Part shown: one piece after another, positions 11,401 to 22,049 of the stretch | Layout of the letters: the number at the start of each line of letters is the position of its first letter | Numbering within the stretch: the stretch's first letter is position 1 | NCBI GenBank assembly: GCA_036172245.1 | Contig: JAYWIR010000027.1 | Span: forward strand, 992,001-1,056,000 | Reading direction: 5' to 3' | Length of the DNA: 64,000 bases | Origin: Raillietiella orientalis | Taxonomy: Eukaryota | The notes under the pieces: model-generated | What the model was told of the DNA's origin: nothing | The model's input: the letters and a program-made list of their open reading frames with translations, nothing else | Databases searched by the model: none | Position numbers and translations under genes: made by a program

Positions 11401-14400
11401 CCCGGAAAAGTCCGCCACCCTCTCCACGTCTGACCGCTGACTCGCGCTGATTCTCCCCTAGCCCCACCCGACCTCGGAGAAATCGGGCTTTGGATGCAGA
11501 GAAGGGGAAAGGGTCTTCACAGCCGTGTCCTGAAATCTTCATCGAAGCCCTCTCTTTGCTGGCTGACTGGCCGCGCCCGTGGTCCTCCCGAGAGATCGAG
11601 GAGGATGGCAATTTTTGCTCTGCCAACGTGGTTGTTATTCTGGGACCTTCCTCTTCTCGGCGCCTTGCTTCGATTGCGCACGCGTTCTCTAGGGTGCGCC
11701 CCTTCCGCTGCTTCCCTTTTGTTTCTCTTCGTTCCGCTCCCCTTTTGGTTCGCTTAAAGAGCCGCAGATTCGTGACTTCCGAAGCCCCGCTTAAGCGCTT
11801 GAGGGAGGGACGGAGGAGAGGAGAGAGGAACCCGCTCTCCTTCGTCGCCTCCTCGTCGGCCGAGCAGCCGCACTCCGCCCGAGTCCGGATGTCACCGAGC
11901 TCTCCTGGACGGCTGTGGGAGGGGGAGTGAGGGAGAGAGAGAGCTGGTGAGCAGGCCAGGGAGGAACCGTAGTACAAACCGCACGAGCAGCACCGCGATC
12001 TGTCGCTCTCGCAGCATCGCCGCAGCTCCCGCGCCGTTCTGAGCACGGAGACTCCTTTTCACAGATCCGCTTTTGTTCCGCGAGCCGTGCTTCCTGCACG
12101 CGCCTCCGCACAGGCTCACGAGGCACGTGGATGCGCGATATTGCGAAACTGCATTGTAACGCAACAATAGAGTTCCGTTACGACGTGGCAACGGGACTCG
12201 ATCGTGAGGCAACAATGGAGTTCCGTTACGGTAACAAAGGCATTCCGTTGCAGCACAACAATGGGATTCCATCGCAGCTCGTCAACGGGACTCGAGTTTT
12301 TTAGAGCAACTGCTTCCAAGGTTCCTTCCTGTCTGTGGACCGCGTCCAACCACTGCTGCTTCCGACGTGCCAACATTTCTTCCGTAGGGTATTGCGCACT
12401 CCCTTCCCGGCTCACCGAAAACCCACTTTCCTCCCCCCCTCCCCCTATTCCTCGTTCCGTCCCTCTCCGCTTCATTTCATTTCATCCAGTGGAAGGCGTC
12501 GTCGAGAACGATCTGGACGGGAGTGCATGGGAAGGGGAGGCATGCCTCAAGAGCGCGCCCTTCCCCGGCCCCATTCTCGCCCTCTCGCGACAATGAGCAA
12601 CGCTTTGCCTTCTCGGGCGTCCAGCTCCCCATGCCCGGGCAGTGGCTCGCGAACGCCGTCGCTCTTCCGTCCACGCGTTCGAGTCTCCGGTCGGGGGTCA
12701 GCTCCACACGCGAAGGGAACGCTTTGAAAAAGCTCGCATCAAAGGAAAGGAAAAGGAAAGGGAAAAGCGTACAGCGCCGAGCGCTTTTCCGAGGACGCCT
12801 TCTCTCGAACATTCTTGGAGGAGAGGTCAGGAGGGAAACTGAAGAAAAAGGAACGGGATCCCCAATCACCGGCAGAAATTTTCTGCTCGAATGCCGCCGC
12901 GCTGCCAAAAACAAACGATGATGTCGGGCGTCATCACACAATAAATTACAGCACGGAGATGGCGGATGAGCTTCACCTGTTATTTTCTTTTTTCGGGGCT
13001 GACTTTAACGTCAAGAAGTAATAAATCCTTTCAGCATCGTCTCATGACGCATAAGTTAGTGGCGGGCGTCCGAAAGACTGCAAAGTAGGCACATCTGTCA
13101 TGTCTTCATTACTGTTTTGCTCCGCGCAAGGAGGAACCAAGAGGTTTCCGATGCGAAGCTGCTGAAGCAATCGAGCCCATCAGCCCCCGAGGTTCGCGCA
13201 GAAGCGACAGGGTGATGGCTTGCCACACGGAAACTGAGAAGCGCAAATGGAAGGAAAAGCACCGGGCGGCAGCAGCGGCAGCAGCAGCAACAACAACGAA
13301 AGAAGAGGAAGAAGAGGGGAGGGGGAGGGAAGGGGAAAGCCCACAGGAGAGAAACAGAGATGTTTGTGTTTGTTTGTTTGTCTGTCTCTTCTAATGGAGG
13401 GCATTTCATGGAAGCAGCGGCGAAAAGGAACGAGTCACCACTTACCGCACACCGATAACGAGGTCGTAGGTCAATCCCGCCGTGTGTGTCCAATAAAGCC
13501 ATAAATCTTTCCCCGCTGGAACCTTCCCAGTCTCCCAAGCAATGGAATGCGATATCTGGAATTTGAGATCACCAAGCATCACTCAGCGCAGCGCTGCGGC
13601 AGGCGCGCGCGCACCACCCCGCCTTCCCCGTCTCGAGCTGCTACCAGGTGAGAGCAAATCCTCTCCGTCCTCCGGCTGGCGGGGCGGCGGACCGCCGCTG
13701 CCGGAAAGAGGGAGGACGAGAGGAAGGGGGTAGGTGGGCAGCGGCGGTACCTCTGCTTTGAAGAGCGCAGCTCCGGAAGTGGAAGCTCAGACCGTACCCG
13801 TGGGGGCAGTTGGTGATCTGAGAGGTGCTGTGGTTGCAGGCGACGACATCACCGCCGCCGGCCCTCGTCGCGTACGAGAAGTGGTAGCGCCTGTTGATGG
13901 AGCAGTACTCCGGGACGACGTCGGCTTCTCCGGACTCGCTGAAGACCCGCGTCTCTGGAAGGCCAGAGAAGGCGGGTGGGGTGGCCTCGTGCGGAGGGGG
14001 TTGGAGGAAGGGGGGCAGGAAGAAGAGGAGGAGGAAGAGGAGAGAGGGGGCGAGATGAGGACGAGGACCAAAACGTACTGAAAAGGAGGATCTGCTTGCT
14101 GCTTCCGCTGGTCAGTTCCTCGTCCTCGAGGCAGGAGGCGGTCGCCTCCTCCTCCGTCGCGTAGCAAACCGAAAGCCCCTCGTTGTGGACCTCCAAGATG
14201 TTCCGGGACCTCAGGCGAAAGTGAAAGCATCGCAGGCAGTCCACGCCGTCGTCCACTCTGCAGAGAACTCCCGGCTAGCGCTCGTTCCTCCTCCCTTCCC
14301 CTCTCCCCTCCTCCATCTTCCCCCTAGCCACCAACACGCCTTCCTCACCTGTCGTATAGGATCACCCGGTTGCCGACCTTGGACTCGCAGACCCCCCAGT

Positions 14401-15141
14401 TGGGGACGGCATCAGGCAGGACAGTGATCTCCGAGTAACGGACTTGTGAGGACTTCGGCTCCCGGGACAGCTGGGCCACGAACACCCCCTGGTACTCTAG
14501 GGGGAAGTAGCACCTGCCCCAGACTGAAAGAAGGATGCCGGATGAAGGGGGAGGTCTCGTCTCGCTCTCTCCCCTCCCCCATCGTGCGACAGGGGCGACG
14601 TCCTCGGTCTGGGAAGGAGAAGGGTCCCAGAAGGTTTCCGCACCACACGCACCCCCACCCTCAACCCCCTCCCTTCCGAGTCCCCTCATCCATCAATCAA
14701 AACAGCCGCACCGGACGGATTAAAAGGGATTACCCGGACCCTTCCTCCGCGGCTGTCAGGGATGCTGGGGAGGAGAACTCCCATTAGCGGGAAAGGGAGG
14801 GAGTGGTGCGAGGAGGGGGTACGAGCCTGGACCGCCTTCGCGGAACGGGTCGGCACGAAGTCGCCGCCATGTTGGGGGAAAGGTGGATCCGCGACCAATG
14901 GTCCTCGCTCCTGGCTTCAGAGATTCCAGTCCCTTCCCCCCTCCCTCACCACACCGCACGGCGAGGGGGGTTCGTTCCGGAGGAAGGGGTCCCGAAAAGG
15001 AAGAAGGGGGGCGACGGAATGGCTCCTGTCTCCGCTTCCTACCCGCTCGCACCCCGACCCCCAGTGATCCAGCTTACCTGAAAGCGATGCACAGACGAGC
15101 ACCGCCGATCCGAGGGCGCCGCAGGGTGTCGGCAACTTCAT
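8382..15141 (-). CDS. 12-exon gene for a secreted, probably GPI-anchored Cys-rich protein (671 aa), DUF7042/DUF7043/DUF7044-like arthropod family
   Basis: Manual splicing of exons 15141-15078, 14523-14349, 14257-14079, 13954-13751, 13555-13446, 10955-10630, 10545-10478, 10028-9948, 9808-9644, 9254-9054, 8996-8658, 8485-8382 gives 2016 nt. All introns are GT-AG, phases match and there are no internal stops. Protein: MKLPTPCGALGSAVLVCASLSVWGRCYFPLEYQG...CLGDWEG...RYRCARY...AFSSDSTCT...CMFPWWLTGQW...CPISGEFTG...YRCLGHWEEDG...Pro-rich...SGASSSSSPLLLMPQAAWVLCAAARRALR*. The family name is recalled from motif pattern, not from a search. Confidence 0.9.
8658..8996 (-). CDS. coding exon 11 (Pro/Ala/Thr-rich stalk)
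   Basis: cttcag acceptor; GESCLVAQQNPPPLPP...RPWRAVP; GTGAGT donor. Confidence 0.8.
9054..9254 (-). CDS. coding exon 10
   Basis: ttccag acceptor; EREYRCLGHWEEDGVLYAYSER...FECFVG...EAGKDC...GMVLRRQ; GTAGGG donor. Confidence 0.9.
9644..9808 (-). CDS. coding exon 9
   Basis: ttccag acceptor; RVKRSRDFPCPISGEFTGSLPDEPGLCAKLTSDCRQPQTMFHVVYSCRNTSEVYE; GTGATG donor. Confidence 0.92.
9948..10028 (-). CDS. coding exon 8
   Basis: ttccag acceptor; GTSVSKEFDAELCDPGNFGQKSWVTQG; GTGAGT donor. Confidence 0.92.
10478..10545 (-). CDS. coding exon 7
   Basis: ttccag acceptor; GQEYYTCIQMVKRDTNVMEYKL; GTGAGT donor. Confidence 0.92.
10630..10955 (-). CDS. coding exon 6
   Basis: ccgtag acceptor; RYSRDELTQKIHLAFSSDSTCT...CMFPWWLTGQWKD...FLIYCRSD; GTGAGG donor. 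Confidence 0.92.
12140..12410 (-). mobile_element. intronic DNA-transposon remnant: THAP-like fragment next to degenerate tandem repeats
   Basis: Minus-strand YPTEEMLARRKQQWLDAVHRQ resembles the THAP pattern FP....R+.W+.A+.R. Adjacent are about six 21-27-nt units such as GCAACAATGGAGTTCCGTTAC (12160-12300). Confidence 0.4.
13446..13555 (-). CDS. coding exon 5
   Basis: ttccag acceptor; DIAFHCLGDWEGSSGERFMALLDTHGGIDLRPRYRCA; GTAAGT donor; bridges the phases of exons 4 and 6. Confidence 0.92.
13751..13954 (-). CDS. coding exon 4
   Basis: ttccag acceptor; TRVFSESG...EYCSINRRYHFSY...NCPHGYGLSFHFRSCALQSR; GTACCG donor. Confidence 0.9.
14079..14257 (-). CDS. coding exon 3
   Basis: ctgcag acceptor; VDDGVDCLRCFHFRLRSRNILEV...KQILLF; GTACGT donor. 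Confidence 0.92.
14349..14523 (-). CDS. coding exon 2
   Basis: tttcag acceptor; WGRCYFPLEYQGVF...WGVCESKVGNRVILYDR; GTGAGG donor. Confidence 0.92.
15078..15141 (-). CDS. coding exon 1 (start codon, signal peptide)
   Basis: ATG at 15141; MKLPTPCGALGSAVLVCASLS; donor GTAAGC. The ATG is preceded by ccagG, a possible acceptor for an upstream UTR exon. Confidence 0.8.
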
Positions 15142-16759
15142 CCTGGAGCCTCCGGGATGTGGAGGCGAGATCGAGGAAAAGGAAGGAGGACGGGGAGAGC
15201 GAGGGTCGACGCAGCACACACGAACAGAAGGGACGAGGGGCAGCAGCACCCCCTCGGGGAAGGGTTCTCTGCTGGACACCCCCCGGGATCTAAGGGGAGG
15301 AGGAGGGAGGGGTGGTCGTGTCCTGTGCTGCACCTGTCGCGCACCTCCTTCTCTTCCTCGGGGGAAGAGGGGAGGAGCGAGAGGAGATGGGATGGGGCGG
15401 GGAGCGGGGTGGCGGCTGGGGGGCTAGGGGAGGAGGCGAAAACGAGAGAGGAGGAGGAGGAGCTGCCGCGCGCCTCCGCGGGGGGACCGCGCGCGCGCAC
15501 TGATCGTCCGACGAGGTCACCTCGCGCGCTCGCGTCGAGAAGGCGACTGGCAAGAAGAGACTCGACGCGCGCGGGGCGGCGAGGCCGCGCCGGAAGGACG
15601 TCCCCTTGGGGCGTCCTTCGGAGCGGCTGCCTAGCTCACGCGCGCGGCTCCCCTCCCCCCTCCGTTTGTTGGGGAAGCGAGCCCCGTCCTTCGTCCCCTC
15701 GTCTTCACCACCACCACTCCGAATGGTCTCTTCCCTTCCCTTCCTCCCTTCTCCCCAGTCCTCGTTTTAAACACAATCCCGCGGGGTACCGCCACCCTGG
15801 AGACTAAATCCGTTCCCCACTCTCCCCTACTCCCTAACCCCTGTCTCTTCTTGCTCCTCCGTTCCTCCTCCTCATCTCTTTTCCTTCTCTTCCTCTTCTT
15901 CCTCTCTTTCCTTCTCCCTTACTCTTGTTCCTCCTCCTCCTCCTCATGCATTGAAGTCTTCCCGAGCACTGCTTTCGCCGCAGGCGAACGCACGGGCCGT
16001 GTCTTCCATCCCATTCCCCGAGACCTTCCTCCGGCCCTGGGCGAGTTGTCCTCGCCTGATCCTGCACTCCGTCTGGCCTCGAATCCCGCCTCTCGAAGAA
16101 GAGCCAACCTCGCCGATAGCCGGCGCGCAGCAGCGATCAGTGGTGGCTGCTGAAGGTCGTTCCTCCTTTCCGAGAAGAACCGCCTTTGAAGTGTTGTCTT
16201 TCCGGTGTCCGGTTGACCGGAGCGACCCGACGCTTCCGGAACTCCTTGGGTCCAATCTAGTTCCATCTCTCGCCCCCCTGGGCCGAACCGATCCATCGCC
16301 GTCCCGCGCAGTAAACAGCAGGGCGGATCACCTGCAGGTACCCCCGTCTTACGGGGGTGTGAGATTCGGGGAACAGGGTCTCTTGAGCACCAGAAAACGA
16401 AACAGAGAAGTTGCATCCACGCTCGCTCCTCGCCCCTGAGGCGGTCTCGGGGGCAACCGAATGGGTGCGAAGAACACTCTCGAGGGAAGGAAGTGATCTT
16501 TTGCGACCTCCTGGTCTCCGGTCGCCACTGCCCTGGTTCCGGGGATCTCGCCTGAGGGCGTTCGTCTTTGAAAGCCCAGTGGCCTTTTCCCGCTCCCTAC
16601 TCTCTCCGCAAAGTGCTCCCATGGCTCTCCCGGGAAGCTCCAGCCTGCTCTTCTGGAAGGGAGCGGTCGCTTGGGGCGACAGAAGAGAAGCGCTCTGGGA
16701 GGCGGCCCATTCTTTTCCGTCTGGTCGTGGCGGGAGAGGCGGCTGGGATTAACGGGTTC

Positions 16760-17400
16760 CTGTTGTGGGGAAGACAGGGCAAGTGAGAGAGCTATTGAAG
16801 GCGGGGAAGGTAGGGACGGAAGAATGGGTCAAGGTCAGTGCGGATGCAGGAAGTCTGGCCGGAGAGATCCCAGCTCTCTTGATCTTCTCCCTGGAAGCGT
16901 CGCAGCTTGCATTGGGAAGAGGGGGGAGAGGGAGGTCCAGGAAACGGAAAGGCGGAGAGTGCTTCGGGTCCAGAAGGAAGCGAGAGGCTTCGTCGATGCT
17001 CCTGGGGCCTCTGGAAAGACTCGCGCGGGTTCAGTTCCCCTCCTTCCTTGAGCTTCCTCCTCCCATCCTTCCTGCTCTTCTTCAGCTCCAGTGGGAAGAG
17101 CGTGACTGCGCCTGAGGTGCCGAGCGTCGGAAACCCATGTCAGTCCTTGGTCACCCTTCGTGCCGCCGGCGGGTTGAGGAGCCAAGAGTGTCTTAGTGGC
17201 CCCGGAAGGATGGAGGGGAGGTTCGTCCGAGGGCGAAGAGCCCCGAGCAGACGCGCACTCCTTCCCTTGTGTGGCTCGGAGGAGAAGGCAGTAAGGTGGA
17301 GAAGGAGCAGCGAGCGGTGGTCGGCCCCTCCTGGTGAGCGCGCCACCTTAGGGGTCGCTTCCGCTGGAACCGCCTGCTCCTGCTGTCACCTTGCAGGAGC
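16760..17400 (+). mobile_element. non-LTR RT remnant (CR1/L2/Jockey-like)
   Basis: VRELLKAGKVGTEEWVKVSADAGSLAGEIPALLIF echoes the ..V.SGVPQGS.L.P.LF region. Confidence 0.3.
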
Positions 17401-20400
17401 AGGAGGAACTCCCGCAGGAGAGAGAAAAGGGCTGGGGACTCTGGAAGAAGCCCAGGAGCGGACTGTTTCGCCGAGGTCAGCCGGTGACGAGCGCACACTC
17501 GAAGAGGGAACGACCCTCCGGGGGACACAGGCATTCTGGATCGCCTCCCCGGGGTATTTTTTTTTTCTTTTTCATTCTTCCTCCCGCGCGTGTGCGCTCG
17601 AGAGCGTACATCGTCCCGCGGGGAGGGAGAGCGCGCGTGCCACAAACCCCTTTGTAGCAGACGTCACTCCCGTGGGCGCGACCTGTTGCCCAAGAGGTCG
17701 GTCAGCTGACCGTTTCCCTCAGGCACTGAAGCTCGCCCTTTCGCCATGGGGAGGACAAAGAGGGAGGTCGAGTTTCGTGTCCACCGCACCGTGTCGAATT
17801 GGAACCCTCCCTGCCTCCGGGGGGAGGGAACGCACGTGGACAACGGAACGAAAGGGGCAAAACGCCCCCCCTCCACCTCTTCTTCTTGCTCTTCCTCTTC
17901 TTCTTCCTTGTCCTCCTCCCCCGCCCTTTCCCCTTCTCCACCACTACCTCTTCTTCTACCACCACCTTCCTCCCCGAGAGGTGCTGCCGTTTTTGGCCTT
18001 TTCACCCCCTCGCGGAAGGAGAGGCGATGAGAAAGGGGGAGTGTGGAGACGGAAGACCCGAGGAGCCGCTGGTACACTCGCGGCTCCGAAGTGTCAACGT
18101 GTGGAAACGTTGCTAGGCAGCAGACGCCCCCTGGAGAGCCGGATTTATTGCCTCCGCTTCGGCGCCCCCTGCGACGAGCGCTTCCGACCCAACGCTGCTC
18201 TTTCTTTCTTCCCCCCCCCCCTTTCCCCCTTCCTCCCTCCGTCTCCGTTCCTGCGGACGCCGCCGCCAGAGAGGTCCGCGCGCATTCTGCCCTGACTTCG
18301 TCCCTCTTCTGGTTCCCCCCCCTTCGACCCCCTCACGTCTGCAAGCTCCATTGTAGAGCCCCGCCAGTCGTGGGTGCGGTCGAGGAGTGGACGGATGCGG
18401 AGGTGACCCTCCCGTAACCCGGACAGGAAACGAGGAGGAAGGACGGAGGGAGTGGGGTGGATGAAGAAAAACTGGGGTCCCCTCTGCGCTTCGTAAGGCA
18501 GGACGGGAGGGGAGAAATTGCCTGTTCCCCGCCGCGGAGGGCACAGAATGGGATGCAGTCGCGGGGGCAGCTACAGGCATTTCGTCGGCCGCTGGCAGGC
18601 AGCAAGGGAGTGGGGTGGGGGTTCAGGGGAGTTGTGAGGCGTTGTGCCCCGTCTCATCGGCACTTCCTCACTCTCTTCCCTTCTCCCTTCTCCGAAGGGA
18701 CGCGGAAGTAGCGGCTTCTTACTCTCCCACCGTCGCCGCCGCCTCCGAAGAAGGCGGCGGCCCTCTTTCTTGCCGGTCATCCCGGAGGCGGGTGGGCGGC
18801 GCCTGATGGAGGGTCCTATGTTGTCCCCAGAGGCTCGATCTTTGCTGCCCGTCTGTCGCCCGCCGGCCCCTGGGGCGGGGAGGGAGAAACTTCCCTCTAA
18901 TCCGCTCTCAGGCGGCGGGCCCGGCCCCGGAGAGCACGCAGGGGGGAGGGGGGAGTGCAGCAAATCCCCGCCCGCGCCGGGACGGCGGCGCTCCCTCGGG
19001 CGGGAACCCGCAGAGGTGGCCGGACGTGCCGCCGGCCGAGAGCGTCCTCGAATGCCAGCTCTGCTCCCTCCCCCGCCTCTTCCCTCTTTCCTGCCCTTCC
19101 AAACTCCTCACCCTGCCTCCCCCCCCCCTCCCGTCCTTCGTAACGGTTCAGGGCGACGCCCTTTTGTGGGGATGCGACAGAGGCCGGTCGTTAAAAGAGA
19201 TGGATGGGGCGGGAGCGGCCTCTCTCGGAGCGCGCGCGTCTCCCCAGAGACGGGAGGTCCTCACCGCGGACCCCGAGAGCGACCCCGGGGATCGAGATCC
19301 ACGCTGCAGGCAGGGAACCGGGAGGAGCGCCCTGAGAGGGAGAGAGGCCGTCGCCCCGTCCGCCGCCGGCTTCCCCTCCCGCGGCCGGGGCAGGAAGCGC
19401 CCCCGGCGGCGTCCGGACCGTTACGGCTCGCCGCGCTCCTGGAATGCGGGACGCGCGGCAGACCGGCGAGCCGCAGCTGCCGCTGCCGCCGGCGTTCCGG
19501 AGCGGGCAGGACGAGGGGGCGAGCCCCCCCCCCACCTTCTCTCTCCCTGCCTCGGGATTGCGGCCGGGATCGCCTGACAACCGCCTCCCGCCCCCGCGAC
19601 CGTTCTCAGGAAGGAAGGGGAGAGCGGAAGGGGGCAGCGCAGGGATCCGTGGGCGGGGTCTTCTGCGGGTGGAGGGGCTGCGGCGATCGCCACCCGACGA
19701 GCGTCTGGCCCCGAGGTGCGAGGGCCGCGCTGCCCCGGAAGTCCCTTCGGGATTCCTGCGCTCTTTCGGCGAGGGAAAGAGGGAGACGAGTTCCTGCCCC
19801 CACCCCCGCCCCCACTACGAAGGGGTCCCTCCGCCCTCCGGCCCATCCGGGGGTAGATGCGGGCGCGCGAGCGGATCGTCCAGGGTGCCCGCGAGGCAGC
19901 GGAAGGAAGTCATTCCCGGGGTGCGCGCAACCCCGGCGGAGGCAGGCATATGACGGGTGCCAAATCGCGCGCGGATCGCACGGAGCGCGTGACCCAGTGG
20001 TCGCCATGCGCACCGCGACGGCGGAACGGCTCGCTCGAGGAGCGACAACCGCGAGCGCGCGCGCGCGCGCAGGGCGGAGCGAAGGAGGAGGGGGGGGGGA
20101 GGAAGGCAAGAAAGAGGAATTTTTTTTTCCTTTCCCCGTTTCTGGAAAAGGAAAAGGAAAAAACTCCCTCGTCATTTCCGGCCGATTCTCCTTCGGCCCT
20201 GCGCGGGTCGGCCGGAAACTCCCGGGTCGAACGCGGAAGTTGCAGACCAACTGTCGCCGCCGCCGCCTTGGTGGGAGGATGCGAAGGGTTGCGCTCCGTT
20301 TCCGGTTCCTTTCCTCCTCCGAAGAAGGAGGGAGCCCTCTCCCCGCCACCGGCGCGGGAGAGTCTCGGAAGAGCTGCCGCTTTTAATGTGCGAAATCTCC

Positions 20401-20809
20401 AGAGCGAAATTAGCGAGCGCTCCACGCCGAAATTACATGAATAGCTAATTGTGCAAACGCAGCGCCGCCGCGTGCAGGTGGGAGCGCGCGGCGGCGGCGC
20501 TGGAAGCGTGGAATTCGCTTTTATTGCCTTCCCTCCCCTCCCCTCCCCTCTCCCTCTTCTCCCCCCCCCCCCCGCCGCCGCCGCCGCCGCCGCCTCCCTT
20601 CCTCGAAGCAGTGGGTTCTGTTTCGGGAAAATGAGGAGGCATTCGCCGCGTGGGGGATCCGTGACGCGATGGATGAAAGCGCGGAGTCATGCCGCTGGAG
20701 TCTCGCCGTGCGGAGAGAGTTTGCCCCTGCCCTCGCGGGCAGACGCCGCCGGCGGTGCGGTCTGCAGTCGCCCCCGTCTCGCGAAGCGGTCCGACGCGTG
20801 TGCGAGCAA

Positions 20810-21460
20810 ATCGTCCCGTACGCAGCGGTTTGCGTGACGTTCGGTACACGCGTGCACCTCGTACAAGCCGGTTGGTTGCGCGCGCAGCTTTTCGGCATCC
20901 CCGTTCGGAGTACGCGTGGTTCCGTCCTGCACACAGCCCGTGTACGTGATTTCGTACGCTCGGTACACACACGTATCGTCTGGCACATTGGCTGTGTGCA
21001 CATGCAGCTCGCTGGTATGATTCAACGTACACACGTACGTGGCACCGCTCGGCTCTCCGTACACGCGCGGAATCATTCTTGCCATATTCGTCAGTACTTA
21101 CGTGCACGTGACGTCATCCGGAACACCCTATGAACGCAGCTCGTACCCTCCTGTTCTCGCATGTAGGATTCGGTTCCCCGGATGGTGTAGGTAGCATTCA
21201 CGTTCAGAACACTCGCCCTACTTAGTACGGTACGTACAGTGGATTCGGTACGCTGGTTTTGCGCTTTACACAATTCCGTGTACCTATGATCATCTATTTG
21301 CGTGAGAATCTTCTTGCCATTTCCGTTCAGTATACACGCGCACACAATCATCATCCGGTGCACGCGCTCACTCGTGTACCGATTTGATTGCCCAGTACGC
21401 GTACCTCGGCAGTAGTGTTCGTCCTGCTGAGCACGCGTGTCGTGTACGGTGGGGGGGGGG
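20810..21460. repeat. GTAC/CACG-rich degenerate repeat array, probably a non-autonomous DNA transposon
   Basis: Many CGTACAC/GTACG units; shares GTGA(C/T)GTTCGGTACA, TGATTTCGT and TCTGGCACAT with 43655-43960. Confidence 0.6.
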
Positions 21461-22049
21461 GGGGGTCATTATTCAGAATGTGCTCGCACGCTCCACCTGC
21501 GCGGCGCTTGCCTGTGCGACGAACGTGTGATCCCGGCGTTCCGAACACGCGACGGCTCGCTCCGGTCCGATCGCGCGGGCGGCGCCGGCGACTTTGGCGG
21601 GCGGCGCCATCGACGCCTCCTCCTGCAGCAGCCCTGCGTTGCCTCCGATGTGGCAGTGACGTCAGCGATGACGGGGCCTCTTCTTCTGTTTGTTGCTCGC
21701 TGTTGGCAAAAGAACGCGTTCCGTGGGAATGGGAGATTTGTCGCCGTGATCGAAGGAGCTTACGGGAAAATCCGCTCCCCCCCCCCCCTCCCTCCCCGCC
21801 GGAGGAATTCACGCCTTTGGCGCGCCAGCGCGGGAGTTCGACGAGAACGAACACGTCCCGCGACGGGCCCGAGAGGTGTTTGCGCACGGTGTTTCCAGGG
21901 AAGCGCAGCGCTATCTGCCGTCAGCGCTTGGAAACATCAGGCAGACCAATTACTCATCCTGGAAACATCCCAGTGATTTATCTACGCATCGGAGTTTTTT
22001 AGATTTTTTCGAATCATCTTTTCTTTTTTTTATTTTTGATGTATTTTTT

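Noticed and set aside
12160..12300. CRISPR-like repeat array
   Set aside because: Units are degenerate and contiguous with no unique spacers, there are no cas genes, and it lies in a spliceosomal intron.
18644..20386. 580-aa ORF and overlapping long ORFs
   Set aside because: Arg/Pro/Gly/Ala low-complexity translation, open in several frames, as expected from extreme GC; no domain motifs.
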